Assembly: GCA_030704615.1 (NCBI GenBank)
Contig: CM060732.1
Location: forward strand, 4,092,001-4,156,000
Source: Takakia lepidozioides
Taxonomy: Eukaryota; Plantae; Bryophyta
Length of the DNA: 64,000 bases
Reading direction: 5' to 3'
Shown: piece by piece, positions 36,961 through 49,291 of the stretch
Layout: each line of letters opens with the position of its first letter
Numbering within the stretch: position 1 is the stretch's first letter
Notes under the pieces: generated by a model
What the model saw: only the letters and a program-made list of their open reading frames with translations
What the model was told of the DNA's origin: nothing
The model's database searches: none
Made by a program: the position numbers and the translations under genes

Positions 36961-37330
36961 ACCATCTACCCATGTAGGTTTCTTGTACCTATCCTTCCAC
37001 AGGGAATCATAGGTAATGTGGAGCTTGAAATCCAGCCCTCTTGGATGAATCTGGACCCACACTCTATCTCTGCTCCTTCAGCTATCCATGCCTCTGACAG
37101 CCTACAATTCTACCAGCAAACACCCCAACTATACTGGTGTGGAGTTCTTCCCCAAAACACACCAACCCTACTTATCACAATCTGAAATGCATCTGCTTCT
37201 CTGTGTAGTCCAATAGGCATTCGCCTTTTTGTCTCCATTGTCCCACCATTGGGGTCGGAAAGTGTTCACCCCAAAGCTTCTCCTCACCTCTATTATATGT
37301 TTTTGGATACTTCCCTGCTGCCACACTGGC
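36945..37330 (-). pseudogene. Captured OSB (organellar ssDNA-binding) PDF-motif fragment with its intron
   Basis: QWWDNGDKK | IHPRGLDFKLHITYDSLWKDRYKKPTWVDGQL matches the OSB PDF motif (WWDNR..K.NP..PDFKHK.T...LW....P.WV..QL). Confidence 0.75.
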
Positions 37331-38775
37331 AGTAACTTGCCAAAGTCACTCCAAACCACCACAGATCTACCCAACGACCTAACTTACATAATTCAATATG
37401 CATCTTGCGGCCGAGTCTGATGAGAGGGCAACACAGGCTGAAATAGGTTGAAGAAGAAGGTGCCCTACCACATTGTCCTTGACCTGTCCTGACCCATGGA
37501 GGATTTGACCGATGACCTCTTGTGTGTGCTGCTTGTGTCTGCAGTCAGGTAATGTCGGATTGGTCTGTCAGATCGAACCACTACGGCGTAGATGAGTAGT
37601 CAGAGATTGAAACACGCTTGCTAAGACCAAGCTGACTCTCCCAAGAACGGCGAGCTCGCTTCTCCTCGTCTCCTCTCCTCCTCCTCTTCTCCTTCATGCA
37701 TCATTTGCTCAACGCCTCCATCCCACGCCCCTGCATATCCTGCTATCATCGTATTCCATCCCTCAGCTATGTGGTGTGGCGCAAGAGACAAAAAGACGCC
37801 AAGTCCCAGCCCTCCTTTCTGTTCACGATTACACTAATGGGCAACCTTATTAGCAAAAAATTTAACTTTTTTAAACCTAATGGGCAACCTTATTTGCATT
37901 ATATGTGCCTTAAAAATGACACGTGTAGTGATGTAGTCGTATAAATGGAGCTCTGAAACCATCTTCAGTCATGGAGTCATAAGATTCCATGAAACGTCGT
38001 CCACGTGTAGTCAAACATATCACACTAGTCATATAAACCATCCCTGTCATCATGGTCAACAATGTTTGACCAATGCTCCCTAACTTTCCGGAGTCATGTA
38101 GTGATATCCATTACTACAAAGTCATAAAACTAAAACTGTAATGCATTTCAGCGCTCTGTAGTCATGTACCTAGTGCAGTTTTTATGACTCCGGCAAAGCC
38201 GTAGTCCTAAAAACGCTCATCTCTTGTAGTGAGTGTAGAGTTAAGTCATCCAATCGTTTGTTTGTCTGAGATACTGGCCTATCACTTGACTCATCCTCTC
38301 CTTCAAGTGGTTCCATTGGTGTCTCACCGATCTCCCCTAGGCCTTTCTCCACCTGTATCGCTGTCTCCACAACTTCATCAATGTTCTGAAATCTGGTCCC
38401 AAGTGATTCACTACACTGATGACATGAACTAATAGAGAACCAAGCAGCAACTAGCAAGGGCATGGAAATCATGAATGTGTAATATCCTGCCTACCAAAGA
38501 ATGCCAAAAACAACCATGTTCATGAAGACTCAATTTTACACCAGAATTGTGATTGAGTTAGCATACCGATGTGGCTGCACTACCTGTACACCCCACCCTA
38601 GGCCTTTGTCACTCCTGGCGCTACCTGCAATCTCTTGCAAACTTGGTGTAACGTCCAGTTTCCTTCTCCTGAGATTGCAACAAACTTCCCGGTGTTAGGG
38701 TACTGGCATAGCACACTGCCAACAGTAAAGAATTATCTAGAGTAGTTGCAAAACAATGTAGAAACTGCTTATGTC

Positions 38776-41690
38776 TTAAGAAAAATATATACAACACCGC
38801 TGATCCCACTGCGACCCGATCGAGATGTATTCACATCCCCGCGCCTTAACACCATTCGCCTGGAACTTCCTAAAATCTGATGAACCCCAACTAACAACTA
38901 GTTGTGCCCATGTCTTGTCTGGAACATGATGGAGTGTGGGCAGCCCCACACTATAGTAATTTTTAAACAGTTTGTTTTGTTGGTACTTGAGCTGCCCACG
39001 GTTCTTGTAAGCATACAAGGACCAGTCCAACCAACGTTGACACTGACCTCGTAGTGTTATCAACCATTGGTTCTTTCATGGCCCTTCAGGGTTTCCAGCT
39101 TCAACACAAGCAATGTAAAATTTCCTCCTCCCTATCACCACATTCTGAGCAGCCTGGTCCCCCAGCTCTCTTGCAACTGCCCTTCTTTCCCTCCTTGCTG
39201 CTGTACTCCATCATAGTGGGATGCTGAAGGTTGTTGGCCACCAAAACTGAACCTGCCCCTGCTGGTGTGGTCTTGCAGGACTAGTAGGATAGAAGGAGGA
39301 AGTAGGTTGGGTGTACATAGGCCAGGGAGGATACATACTATGAGGATGCACTCCATAATGGGGGTAAATGGAATACCCTGCACCTTGACTAGGATCATGC
39401 ATTGGAGCGCCTGCAGGTGGAACCACTACAACACCCCATGGGATTTCCAACCATTGATGTTTCACTATCATTTTCACTATTGACACATTTCACTATTAGT
39501 TTCACTACATAGTCAAGAATTGCTGCTAAGACAGTAACCTCAATATGTAATAGTTAAAAATTTCACAACTATAGTGAAGTTTTTTACTGTGTGGTAACTA
39601 GTACTGACACATTCATCTAGCGAATGACATGTGTAATTGACAACAATATGATTTAAATTATATATTATTTTCAAAAAATACCAGTGCAAGTGTTGACTGT
39701 AGTTTGACTAGAATGGCACGAAACCAGTGAAATGGTTGTAGCTTGGTAAACATCAGTAAACATATACAGAACACCTTCATCCACAAAGTAAATAGTGTGA
39801 AAGCTCCCAGAGTTGATGTGGGCAAGCTTATGGAGGTAGAACTCGCTTCCCTCCTCTAATTTAAGTGCTGGATAAGTTTCAGTTTAGTGTCGACGTTCAC
39901 TGCATACATTGGCTGTTTTCTTGGCTGGTATCTTGTTGCTTGGCTGCTTTCATGGGGATCACATACAGTGAGGAGGTGGGAGCAAAGATAGAGCGACATG
40001 TTGGTGAGTTGGAAGAGCTTGAAGGGGAGCCTGTTGAGGTATCAGGGGCTTACATTTCCTATGTGTAGTGGAAGGGGAGGAGTACGAACGTAAGTTCTGC
40101 TGCAACAATTTTTGTTTTCCAGCCTACATGTTCTTGCTGGATATTAATTGAAGTGCTTACAAATCCGAAACTGCTGGTCTGACATGTCTGGTGAATCTTA
40201 GTGAAATGGACTGCCAACAATTAACAAATATTTTAAAAAATGGTTTTAATGTACTGGTTTTGAAAACTACACCTTGGACAGGTCTTCTATGACGCTTAAT
40301 GCACATTTTGTGATCACATTGTCCAATCCAGACCTACATCTACATAGAACTCATTACTTCTGACATATAATTGGACACTTAACTACATTGGCAATTTGTG
40401 AAAACAATAGTCTGTAGGATTCATGCGGAGACCTTAATTAAGCTTTATTCAGTAGAAGCTAGCGCTGTTTGCAAAATCATGTGTACAATTTGTTGTATAG
40501 GCTGGTCCGTAAACAGGGCTGCAATAATTCATTGAAAACATTCTCTTCATACAGATGTGAAGATTTAAAACAAATACTCCACAACCAACCATGGAATATA
40601 TGCAGGTCTCGACAAGTAATTGTGCAGCAAGTGTAAGGCCCACTCTACAGCAACGAAACCTTCAACACCTCGCAAACCTGCACTACTTGCATATGGATTT
40701 CTAATGCTCGTCATCACTTGATGAATGGCTTAATTCAGTTGAAGACTCTGCGGCGGATTCTTCCCCATCCTCTTCTTGTAATGATGGAGCCCTAATAACT
40801 GCCTGAATGGGTGCAAGTTGAAGTTCTGGTCCAGATTCAGGGGCCTCATCATCTCCTTCGAACTCTCCAATGGAAACATTTCCCACATTGCCAATCCCTC
40901 TCCGCGACCTCGGGTCCTTGTGCAAAACAACCTTCCAACCAGCATTCTCTGTATCATCATAAAAAAAAATACTTGCTCTACTTGTGATGGATAAATGAAT
41001 GGCTGATCATTTTCAGGAAGGGTACGAGCAAAGTTTACCAGAGTGAAACCATACTTATCTTGTTTCATGGTGGCATTCCGACCCACCATGTTTGCCTTCA
41101 CCCAAGTGCACCTGAAAAGGACAGGCCGTAATGTGCCATAGTCCATTTCGAAGATCTCTTTGATCACTCCCACATATTGAAGTGAAGCCCTAACTAGATT
41201 AGAGTCTGCAATAGAACTTCTACTGTCTTGCTCAAATGTAGAGCATACCCCACTGTCAAACGTGATGTGCTGTCGTCCATCGACATGTTGCACCCTGTAG
41301 TGATTGCCATAGGCCATCATAGATGGGTAGGACTTGACATGCAAGGACGGAGATACACTGAAGCGAAGCACGTCTGAATCAATGTTCTCACCGTTCTCAA
41401 GAGCCCTCGCTACAGCGACCTCGAACCACTCCTCAAATTTTGGTGGTAGTTGTAGCTCCTCAGGATATGAAACATGCCGATGTCTACCACGACGATGACC
41501 TCTTCCCCGTTCTCGTAGAAATAGCTCCCTCTCTCCAATTATTCGTGCTTTTTCTGTCTCATACTCTCTGTTACAATATTATGAATGAATCATTTAGCAT
41601 TCTACATGCATGGAGCTGCTGCTACTCTCTCCCATTCCTCCCCTTCTTATTGTATCCCTCCTATGCACCTATCCGGAAAGTTGTTCAAAC
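38776..41690 (-). mobile_element. Second, degenerate CACTA fragment: Tnp2 C-terminus (DUF4216) followed in the same orientation by TnpA-like remnants
   Basis: 40730..41371 MAYGNHYRV...YVGVIKEIFEMDYG...QPFIYPSQVEQVFF; 38776..39063 VPDKTWAQLVVSWGS; 39810-40130 is an inverted homolog of 36480-36730. Confidence 0.82.
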
Positions 41691-41842
41691 TGGTAGGGGC
41701 AAAAGCGCTAGGTCTCACTAAATTTTTCCACTGCAGAGGAATCACCTCTGAGGTTAAGAAAACCATGCTTTGTCGCGTTAATAGACCTGCTTTGGAGTAC
41801 GGATATGCAATATGGGTTGATAACTCCAACCAGGCTAAGTCT
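41690..41842 (+). mobile_element. Short LINE RT-thumb fragment
   Basis: RPALEYGYAIWVDNSNQAKS; homologs at 11005-11070 and 58445-58550 (minus). Confidence 0.65.
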
Positions 41843-42671
41843 ATGGCTGAACAAGATGTGGCGTCGTGGAGTGCGATGCTTTGAGGGTATGCACAACAGG
41901 GACGTGGGATGTAGGCTTTGGAGACCTATGGGCAAATGATGGGGGAAGGGGTGAAGCCCGGCCACATCATCTTTGTGTGCATTTGCAATGCTTCTACTGC
42001 AAGCCTGGCAGCCCTGGAGAAGGGCAAAGAGGTGCATGGGAATATCATCAAAGCTGGAATTGTACCAAATGTAATTTTGAATACTGCCCTGGCAGCTCTA
42101 GAAATGGGGAAAGAGGTCCGTAGCAACATCTTCAGAGCTGGAATTGTACCAGATGTCATTCTGAACAAGACCGTGGTGGACATGTTTGCAAAATGCATCG
42201 AGGATGCAAAGGGAGTGTTCAACACTATGGCTGAACGAGATATAGTGTCGTGGAGTGCGATGCTTGCAGGGTATGCACAGCAGGGACGAGACCTATGGGC
42301 AAATGATGGGGGAAGGGGTGAAGCTCGGCCTGCACATCATCTTTGTGTGCATTTGCAATGCTTGTGCAAGCCTGGCAGCCCTGGAGAAGGGCAAAGAGGT
42401 GCATGGGAATATCATCAAAGCTGGAATTGTACCAAATGTCATTTTGAACACTGCCCTGGCAGCTCTAGAAAAGGAGAAACAGGTCCATGGCGACATCTTC
42501 AGAGCTGGAATTGTACCGGATGTCATTCTGAACAAGACCCTGGTGGACATGTTTGCAAAATGTGGGTGCATTGAGGATGCAAAAGGAGTGTTCAACACTA
42601 TGGCTGAACAAGATGTGGTGTCGAGGAGTGCGATGCTTGCAGGGTATGCACAGCAGGGACGTGGGATGGAG
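41843..42671 (+). pseudogene. PLS-class PPR repeat fragment, internally deleted and tandem-duplicated
   Basis: DVVSWSAMLAGYAQQG, GVKP.HI.FVCICNACASLAALEKGKEVH, TLVDMFAKCGCIEDAKGVF; stops and frameshifts. Confidence 0.9.
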
Positions 42672-43692
42672 TCAAATGTAGTTCCGACGAAGAGCAGGCA
42701 TGATAAGCAACTGGTGTCCCACGACACCAAATCCAACACATACAACTACCGGTTCACTATGTCTGTGGAGGCTGTTTTTGACGGTGCAGTATTGCCCCGA
42801 GTGCCAACGTTATCTCCAGCCACCGCGCACCTGGATGAAGGCAGAATTGGAGTCTAAAGAGCTTCTGACTTTCTGTATCAAGAGGTTGAAAAACATCAAC
42901 AAAGTGGCTGAAGGTGAAGCTGAAAATTCAGAAAGAGGTAGTGAATGGGGCAATCCTCGAGCAGACATATGTAAAAGAGTATGTGGTGGACGACCACATG
43001 TGTGAGAAGTGTGCTAGGGTGGCTGAAACCCTGATCAATGGATTGCTTGTGTCCAAGTGCGACAGAAAGTGGATCACAAGAGCACCTTTTTCCTTCTTGA
43101 ACAGCTTATTATCAAGCATGATGCAGCAGTTTCAGCGGTCAACATCAAGCAAATGCATGATGATGTTGACTTTTATTTCGCAAACAGAAGCCATGGCATG
43201 AAATTTCTGGACTTCTTGTCAAATGTAGTTCCGACGAAGAGTAGGTATGATAAGCAAGTGGTGTCCCACGACACCAAATCCAACACATACAACTACCGGT
43301 TCACTATGTCTGTGGAGATTTGTCCCGTGTGCAGAGAGGACCTTCTCTGCCTGCCACAGAAAGTGGCAGCAAGGCTGGGCAACATAGGACCTTTGGTACT
43401 GTGCACTTGAATTTCCAATAGCTTGTTGTTGCTTGATCCTCAAACCTTGAGAAGCATTTACATGGATGAAGCGACCCTGGCATGGCCAGAAGCAGTGGAA
43501 AACACTCTTTAGTTGATGTTCAGATTGCTCGCACCTCAGATTTTGGCAAGAATGATATAACCTTCACTGTCTTATCACGTATTGGTCATCTTCTTCATGT
43601 AGGGGACTATGCTTTGGGCTATGATCTTCATGGGGCGAACACGAACGATTCAGAATTGAATAAGTACAAGGGATTGATACTTCCAGAAATAA
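42672..43692 (+). pseudogene. NMD3: NMD3 (60S export adaptor) scrambled pseudogene
   Basis: YCPECQRYLQPPRTW.KAELESKELLTFCIK, KIQKEVVNGAILEQ, QVRQKVDHKSTFFLLEQLIIKH, SHDTKSNTYNY, EICPVCREDL, GHLLHVGDYALGYD; deletions, stop, and 42672-42770 duplicating 43219-43317. Confidence 0.9.
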
Positions 43693-44229
43693 TGGAATTC
43701 CGTCAGCCTACCAATTTGGGCTTGACTTTGTGTATTTACTCTCATCGGTTGTATACACTTGGGCAAGCGTCTCCTCTGTTGAGAGAGAGTATGAAAATCT
43801 GGAATATATGCTACAAGTGAACAAAACAATGCATCTTTTTATAACTCCAGAGGTCCTCATTTGGCCTCCTAGATACAGCTGTTTTGGGTGTCCTTCTGTG
43901 CCAGGGTTTAGATGAAGGGTAAGCAGGTAATTAAATAGCTGTCTCTCTCACACCCATGTACAGGTCACATCTTGAGGTCTTTTGAAAAGGGATTCTACTC
44001 CAATAGAATTTTGAGATTTGTAGAACTGCAACTTTCTGTACCGAGAATCCCCATATTTGTATCAAGATGAAGGAGATGGACGAATTTAGAATGGCTGGTT
44101 TGTCATATCGGCTTGCAGAAGGGACACCTAGGAGATTGGGATCTTCAGGTATCTTGGTTAGCCATGGGCTACAGGTTCAGCAAGCAAGGATCACTTGCCT
44201 CATTCTCACCATATTTCCTTCTCTTTGTG

Positions 44230-44749
44230 GGTACGTGCATGTGATCAGCGTGTAGAGTTGTTCAAGAAAGTCATGCCCATGGCTTTTGAGAACCTTGCCA
44301 TTGCACACCACCGTGACACGTTGAGGTATGCCACTATACGTGGTGGAGGATATCGTCGTGGGGTTCGGAGGTTTAGCCCTGGTGACTATGTTTATTTGCA
44401 GCAGACTGCTCTTACGACCTTGGATGTGACTGCAGGGTGTGTTATTCTGAGGGTTCAAGAGGTGTTGCCATCAGGAGTCATGATCTTGGAGGGTCGGGAT
44501 GGCATGACTTGGAAAGATCATGTGCGTAATTGTGCGCCATGTCACCTTCCTAATGTCAATGGCAGGATTGACCCAAACTTGGCAGTGGTACCTGCAGGTT
44601 TGAGGTGCACGCTCTGTGGGTCTGCCAAAGGGGCAGCCACCATGCTGGTATGTGACCGATGTTCAAGAGATTGGCACATGGGATGCTTGACACCACCTCT
44701 TGATAAGGTTCCTGATGGAGATTGGTTATGTCCACACTGCTTGGGATAG
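44230..44749 (+). mobile_element. Ty3/Gypsy integrase C-terminus with PHD finger
   Basis: AFENLAIAHHRDTLRYA...RFSPGDYVYL, then CTLC...MLVCDRC..WHMGCLTPPL..VPDGDWLCPHC (C4-H-C3). Confidence 0.85.
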
Positions 44750-45008
44750 TGGCAGTGGATATGACCAGTGACAGCTAACAAGACATGGGCGGCCAAGCTC
44801 ATAGGAGTCAATACATGAGATCCTAGGCTCAAGTTTACAGGTTGCAAGACGGCGACTAATGATGGGGCAACTCTTGTACCCGGCTTCTTGATCTATCGAG
44901 TTTGAGTGTAGTAGGGACGGTGGTGGAGGCTTAGTGAGGCTACGGTCACTATCGCATCTTGTGGCTACCTGGACTTAGAGGGACCTAAGCACCAGCTAGG
45001 GGGGCGAT

Positions 45009-45479
45009 TGTGGTGGACTAGTGACTGCCATAGTGGGCAGCATAGTGGCAGCCTAGTGGTTGGACTAGTGATGGACTAGTGGTATACTAGTGTGTGGTGA
45101 ACACATGTGTTGTGTGGTTTTGGACAGCGATGTAGTTGTGTAGCGATATGTATGCGCACGACAGCTGTCAAGTTATTTCACCATTAGTGTGAAACTAGCT
45201 AGAAATTAACTAGCTTTTACATATTGACATTTGGGATTGGCCCAAGTGTCAATCCAAGGTTCAAGACAGACTTAGGCCTTGGAGTGGTTATTTTCACGGC
45301 AAGTGCGGGGAGGCTCATCTTTCTCGAGTTGAGCCTCACCGCGCCTAGCTATGGCGCCGTAGTGTGGATTCCCCATGGTGTGGGGTGCACTTGGCTCGAC
45401 TTAATATATGAGTGATGTTTTCATGTGCAAGTGTATGAGTTTGAGAGAGCTTGTGTGCTTTTATTCTTCTTGTTTATCA
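45009..45479 (+). mobile_element. 3' LTR (471 bp, TG...CA) with GGACTAGT repeats, preceded by a PPT
   Basis: AGGGGGGCGAT-TGTGGTGGACTAG...TTTATCA. Confidence 0.8.
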
Positions 45480-45480
45480 T

Positions 45481-45658
45481 TGTGGTGGACTAGTGACTGC
45501 CATAGTGGGCAGCATAGTGGCAGCCTAGTGACTGACTAGTGGTAGCCTAGTGCTTGGACTAGTGGCTGGACTAGTGATAGACTAGTGGTATACTAGTGTA
45601 TGGTGTGCACATGTGTTGTGTGGTTTTGGATAGCGATGTAGTTGTGTAGCGCACGACA
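45481..45658 (+). mobile_element. Second, truncated copy of the same LTR in direct tandem
   Basis: tgtggtggactagtgactgccatagtgggcagcatagtggcagcctagtg is identical to the start at 45009. Confidence 0.85.
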
Positions 45659-47663
45659 TGTTAGACAATCCTGGGAGCTCATATTTTTCCATTCTCGATT
45701 CCCATCTAGGGACACCAGGGAAAGATATTCACGTTCAGGCCCAATCGATGAGGATTAAAAGCCAGGGCTCTCTCTGCTGCAATCTTCGTTTCAACCATTA
45801 TAGAAAAGAAACCTTGGCATGCAGAAGTGCTGTTGAAGATCGCCAGTACCACCAAGGTGCGAGATCACCCATTCCCCAACAAAGGACCTGTTCTTGCTTT
45901 TTCCCTGGAAAGTGCAGTAGGATTACACGCTCCTGGCAACCTTCAACTTTGGCTTGAAGACAATCAAAGTCTATCTCAATTGAAAGAGTCGCTTCCTCCA
46001 TTTCCGCCTGGCAATCAACATGGTCTTCTTATTCCGAGACTGCAGTTTCGGGATCAAGTGGAAGACTGGAAGCTGTGAGTGTAGGGGGGGGATCAGAATG
46101 ACCCACAGATGAAGCAGTGGCGAGGGCCCGAGCATTGTCCATGCAACCAATGGCTAGCGCTTGGTGGGCCAGGAAGAAGGCATCACCCGTTTGCCCCGAT
46201 GGTCTTGCCGCCAGAGGAGCTTGAAGAATGGATCGGTTGATTCTGTTTCTCGGGTTGCCTCTGGTGCTCTTGCTTTGGTAATTAGGACCCATGATAGCTG
46301 TAAACACCTTATAACCTTAGATCACTCAATTGAGATCAGAGAGGCAGCTCGTAAGGAGCGCTGGAAGCTAGAAGAAAGTGTAGTGAAAGTGAAGCGCGTG
46401 GGAGGACACTCTGCGGAGCTGGCTAAAGGTGGTGGAGGGATGGATGAGGCAAAAGGCGGCGGACTGTCCCTTAAGGACTTAATTAGATCACTGGAGCAGC
46501 CAGGCCATAAGTACACCGCTAAGAGGCTGGGGGCGCAATGAGGCTTATGATTTTTTGATAATAGAACCAGGATGAAGGTAAGGATTTTGCGAGTTTGGTG
46601 AAGTTGGGGATGATCGGGTGGCTGGAGAAAGGATGTTTTCAGGTTAACTTGCTTTGATAGGTTGCTTATAAGGGGTGAATGTGACATCTTCTCGTATGAT
46701 GATCGAGGAGCATAAGTTACCGTTGTCGCGCTCCCTCTCACCGCAACTTGCGGAGCTACTTTTCTCTCTTCTGTTTTCCATATTCATTCTCACTTCCTGC
46801 TGTTTGCAAAACCAACACTCCTACATTTGCATATGCAATCATAATCCCATTCCACATTGCAGCATTCCTCCATTTTATTTTCTTACACATGAATATATAT
46901 TGGCCAATCACAGGTCGTAAGCTGTATTCATATACTCACTTGAATTATATAATCATAAATACACACATGCGTCCTGCTGCATTATTTAGGTATGACTAAT
47001 AATCATATCTACACTCCTAGTGAACCATGTTTGACCATAGATCCGAATTTCTAATAGTCATGTAGTCATTTATCCGTCTTCTGCACCCCAACATTGCCAA
47101 TGGCATTCCCGACTGCGTTGGTCGGTTGTAGACATCTCTGCATATGACTGCAGAAAGCTATCTGGAGATTCAAAGCACATGTCTAGATACTGGATGACCC
47201 TAGGCTCCAAAAAAATAATGCTCTTGAGTACCCTAACTCGACAAAGGATGACTTTTTTTCAACCCCTTTTTGTGAACTTTCAACCCTCATAGCTTCAGAG
47301 TTTTCTTGATACCTACTGTTCTCTGCAGTTTGTCAACCAATCTTTGCAATAGGGTTTTTTGTGATATCCTTGCTGCTGAACTGTGATCATCACCATGGCA
47401 CCAGCAAATAAGAATAATGACCCACAGGGACAAAACTCACCCAGAACCTCACCAGGTAGTAAACTCAAAGAAACTTCCCACAATTCTCACAGTCCAACCT
47501 GCTTACAAGAATGTAAGCTAACCACCATCCAAGTTTTGCACCAGAGCCTGTTCACCTTAATCCTTGCCTCTTAGAGATAGTACTATGAAACTTGACAGAA
47601 TTGTTTGCTATTTTACCAAGCACACAAGAAATGTGGAAAAGCACCAGAATCTCCTATCATTTC

Positions 47664-49070
47664 TTAACTCTTGGCTTTTAGACCATTGTTCTCTTTTATC
47701 CTGCGCCAATTATCGAGCTTCAACAACCGTAGTACCTGCATGCATTAAAGTACGCCTAGTTTGAAGTCAGACTCACAACACATAAGTTGTTCCTTGAACC
47801 TGTCAACCATCAGTTCTTCTATTTGTCAATCTGCGTCTCCCGATACCTCTCTCTCTGTCCAGTTCCGCATCTACTCTTTTCTGACTCTTTCTTTCTCACC
47901 TCTGACTCCCTCCAGGCAATGGCAACCACCCTCCAATGAGTATCTCTAAAGCCCTTTCTCTCTTTACAACAACAACCCTGCTCCATAGCTGAGACATGTA
48001 CAAACATATTTGGTAAAAAACCATGATGCTGTGCTGTCATTTGAAGAAGCAAGTACCTCAGGTTCTGGCAAAGTTTCGGGTTTCTTTCTTTTCAATTCAC
48101 TAAGTGGAACCTTCTTCTCCAGAAGACCAAATAGCCACTCCAGGTAGTCACTGCAAGGACAAGCTGCATGAAATCAGACAATATGCCCACATTGGTTTTC
48201 TTGCACAAGGGATGAGAGAGGGAGAGAAAAATGTACTCTTTGTCCATTCCCTGCCAGGGATGGTTTTGACATAGCCTAAAAGGAATGGTCCCAGCAGGAA
48301 ACTAAGCTTATTGTGGGATGTGTTTGACTCATCCTAAATTGCCCAGTTTTGTGCGGTAATCAAGTATTTGTCATGTGTGAGAGAGAGACCTATCACGAAG
48401 AATCGCTGGGTCAGAGCCATCCTTCAGGATGTTGGCACCCAGAACCGCCTTCTCTCGCAGTTCCTTGCTCACCACTGGTGGTGGTGGCACTGTTCTTTCC
48501 ATGCCCATACCCCACAAACACACGAATTGGTGTAGAATAAAATAGTGCATGTTACTGATGCTATCATAAAAAGAATAAGACGAATTTAGTCATTTCCGGT
48601 CATGGAAAGTTTAGCTGGCCATAGATTGTACACCATGCACATGAACCCAGCTGGAACCAGCTCCCCGGATCTCACGGGAGAAACAGAGACAAAACCGAAG
48701 GGCCAGAAAAAATACGATAGAATGCATCTCCCAGCTACATGCATTTATCAGCTGACTAGATTTTGCAGCATAATCAGTTCTGAAGAAGTTGTCTTCCACT
48801 GGGAGATTGGCCGGAAACGGTTGGGACTTTTACCCTTCCGTCTCCAAGAGATGCCAAATCGTCGTATGGCCTGAAGCCAATCCAAAGGAAAGACGTGTGA
48901 CCAATATTACACAGAACAGGCACAACACGCAAATGGATAGTACATATACCATCTGATCGAGATTTCTTCGACTTAGGAGTAGAACCGCCAGCCTTCTTCG
49001 AGGGTCCAGCGGCACGAAGGCGGAGTGCGCCCTGTAGCGCCCGGGCCCGAGTCCCTGCCATCATCATCAT
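47664..49070 (-). CDS. mL54: Mitochondrial ribosomal protein mL54 (L37/L54), 128 aa; exons 48950-49070, 48390-48489, 48057-48150, 47664-47735
   Basis: Arg-rich presequence; SKELREKAVLGANILKDGSDPAILRDSDYLEWLFGLLEKKVPLSELKRK...LKLDNWRRIKENN; all junctions GT-AG and in phase. Confidence 0.9.
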
Positions 49071-49291
49071 CTCCCGCTTGATTTTCACACCATAGCTTCA
49101 ACCCCTAAACCTCTCGATTCTGTCTGTCATGCAACACGCATTCTTGAGCTGGGAGGCTCTGAGAGGGGAGTGGATGAAAATCATCCTTTCACTACGCCCT
49201 TCTCTCCCTACACAAGAATTTTCGGGGGACCCCCAGAATCTCCTTGCGATCTGGTGTTTACCAAAAATCGGTAGTGGCACCCATTTGCACA

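Larger units (their letters stand above)
25564..38231. mobile_element. Full-length CACTA (En/Spm) DNA transposon, 12,668 bp
   Basis: Left CACTACAACAGATGAGCGTTTTTATGAC; right end reverse complement CACTACAAGAGATGAGCGTTTTTAGGAC; 3-bp TSD AGT on both sides (25561-25563, 38232-38234); Tnp2 inside. Confidence 0.96.

Noticed and set aside
42672-43692. NMD3 as a processed retrocopy, or a functional cluster with RPF1
   Set aside because: Plant NMD3 genes can be intron-poor, so lack of introns is uninformative; the copy is broken, so proximity to RPF1 is likely chance
45660-46741. LINE ORF1 or host gene on the minus strand
   Set aside because: Only vague resemblance with multiple stops; no diagnostic motif
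47700-48150. U-to-C RNA editing restoring mL54 residues
   Set aside because: Nuclear spliced gene; plant U-to-C editing is organellar, and CpG deamination is simpler
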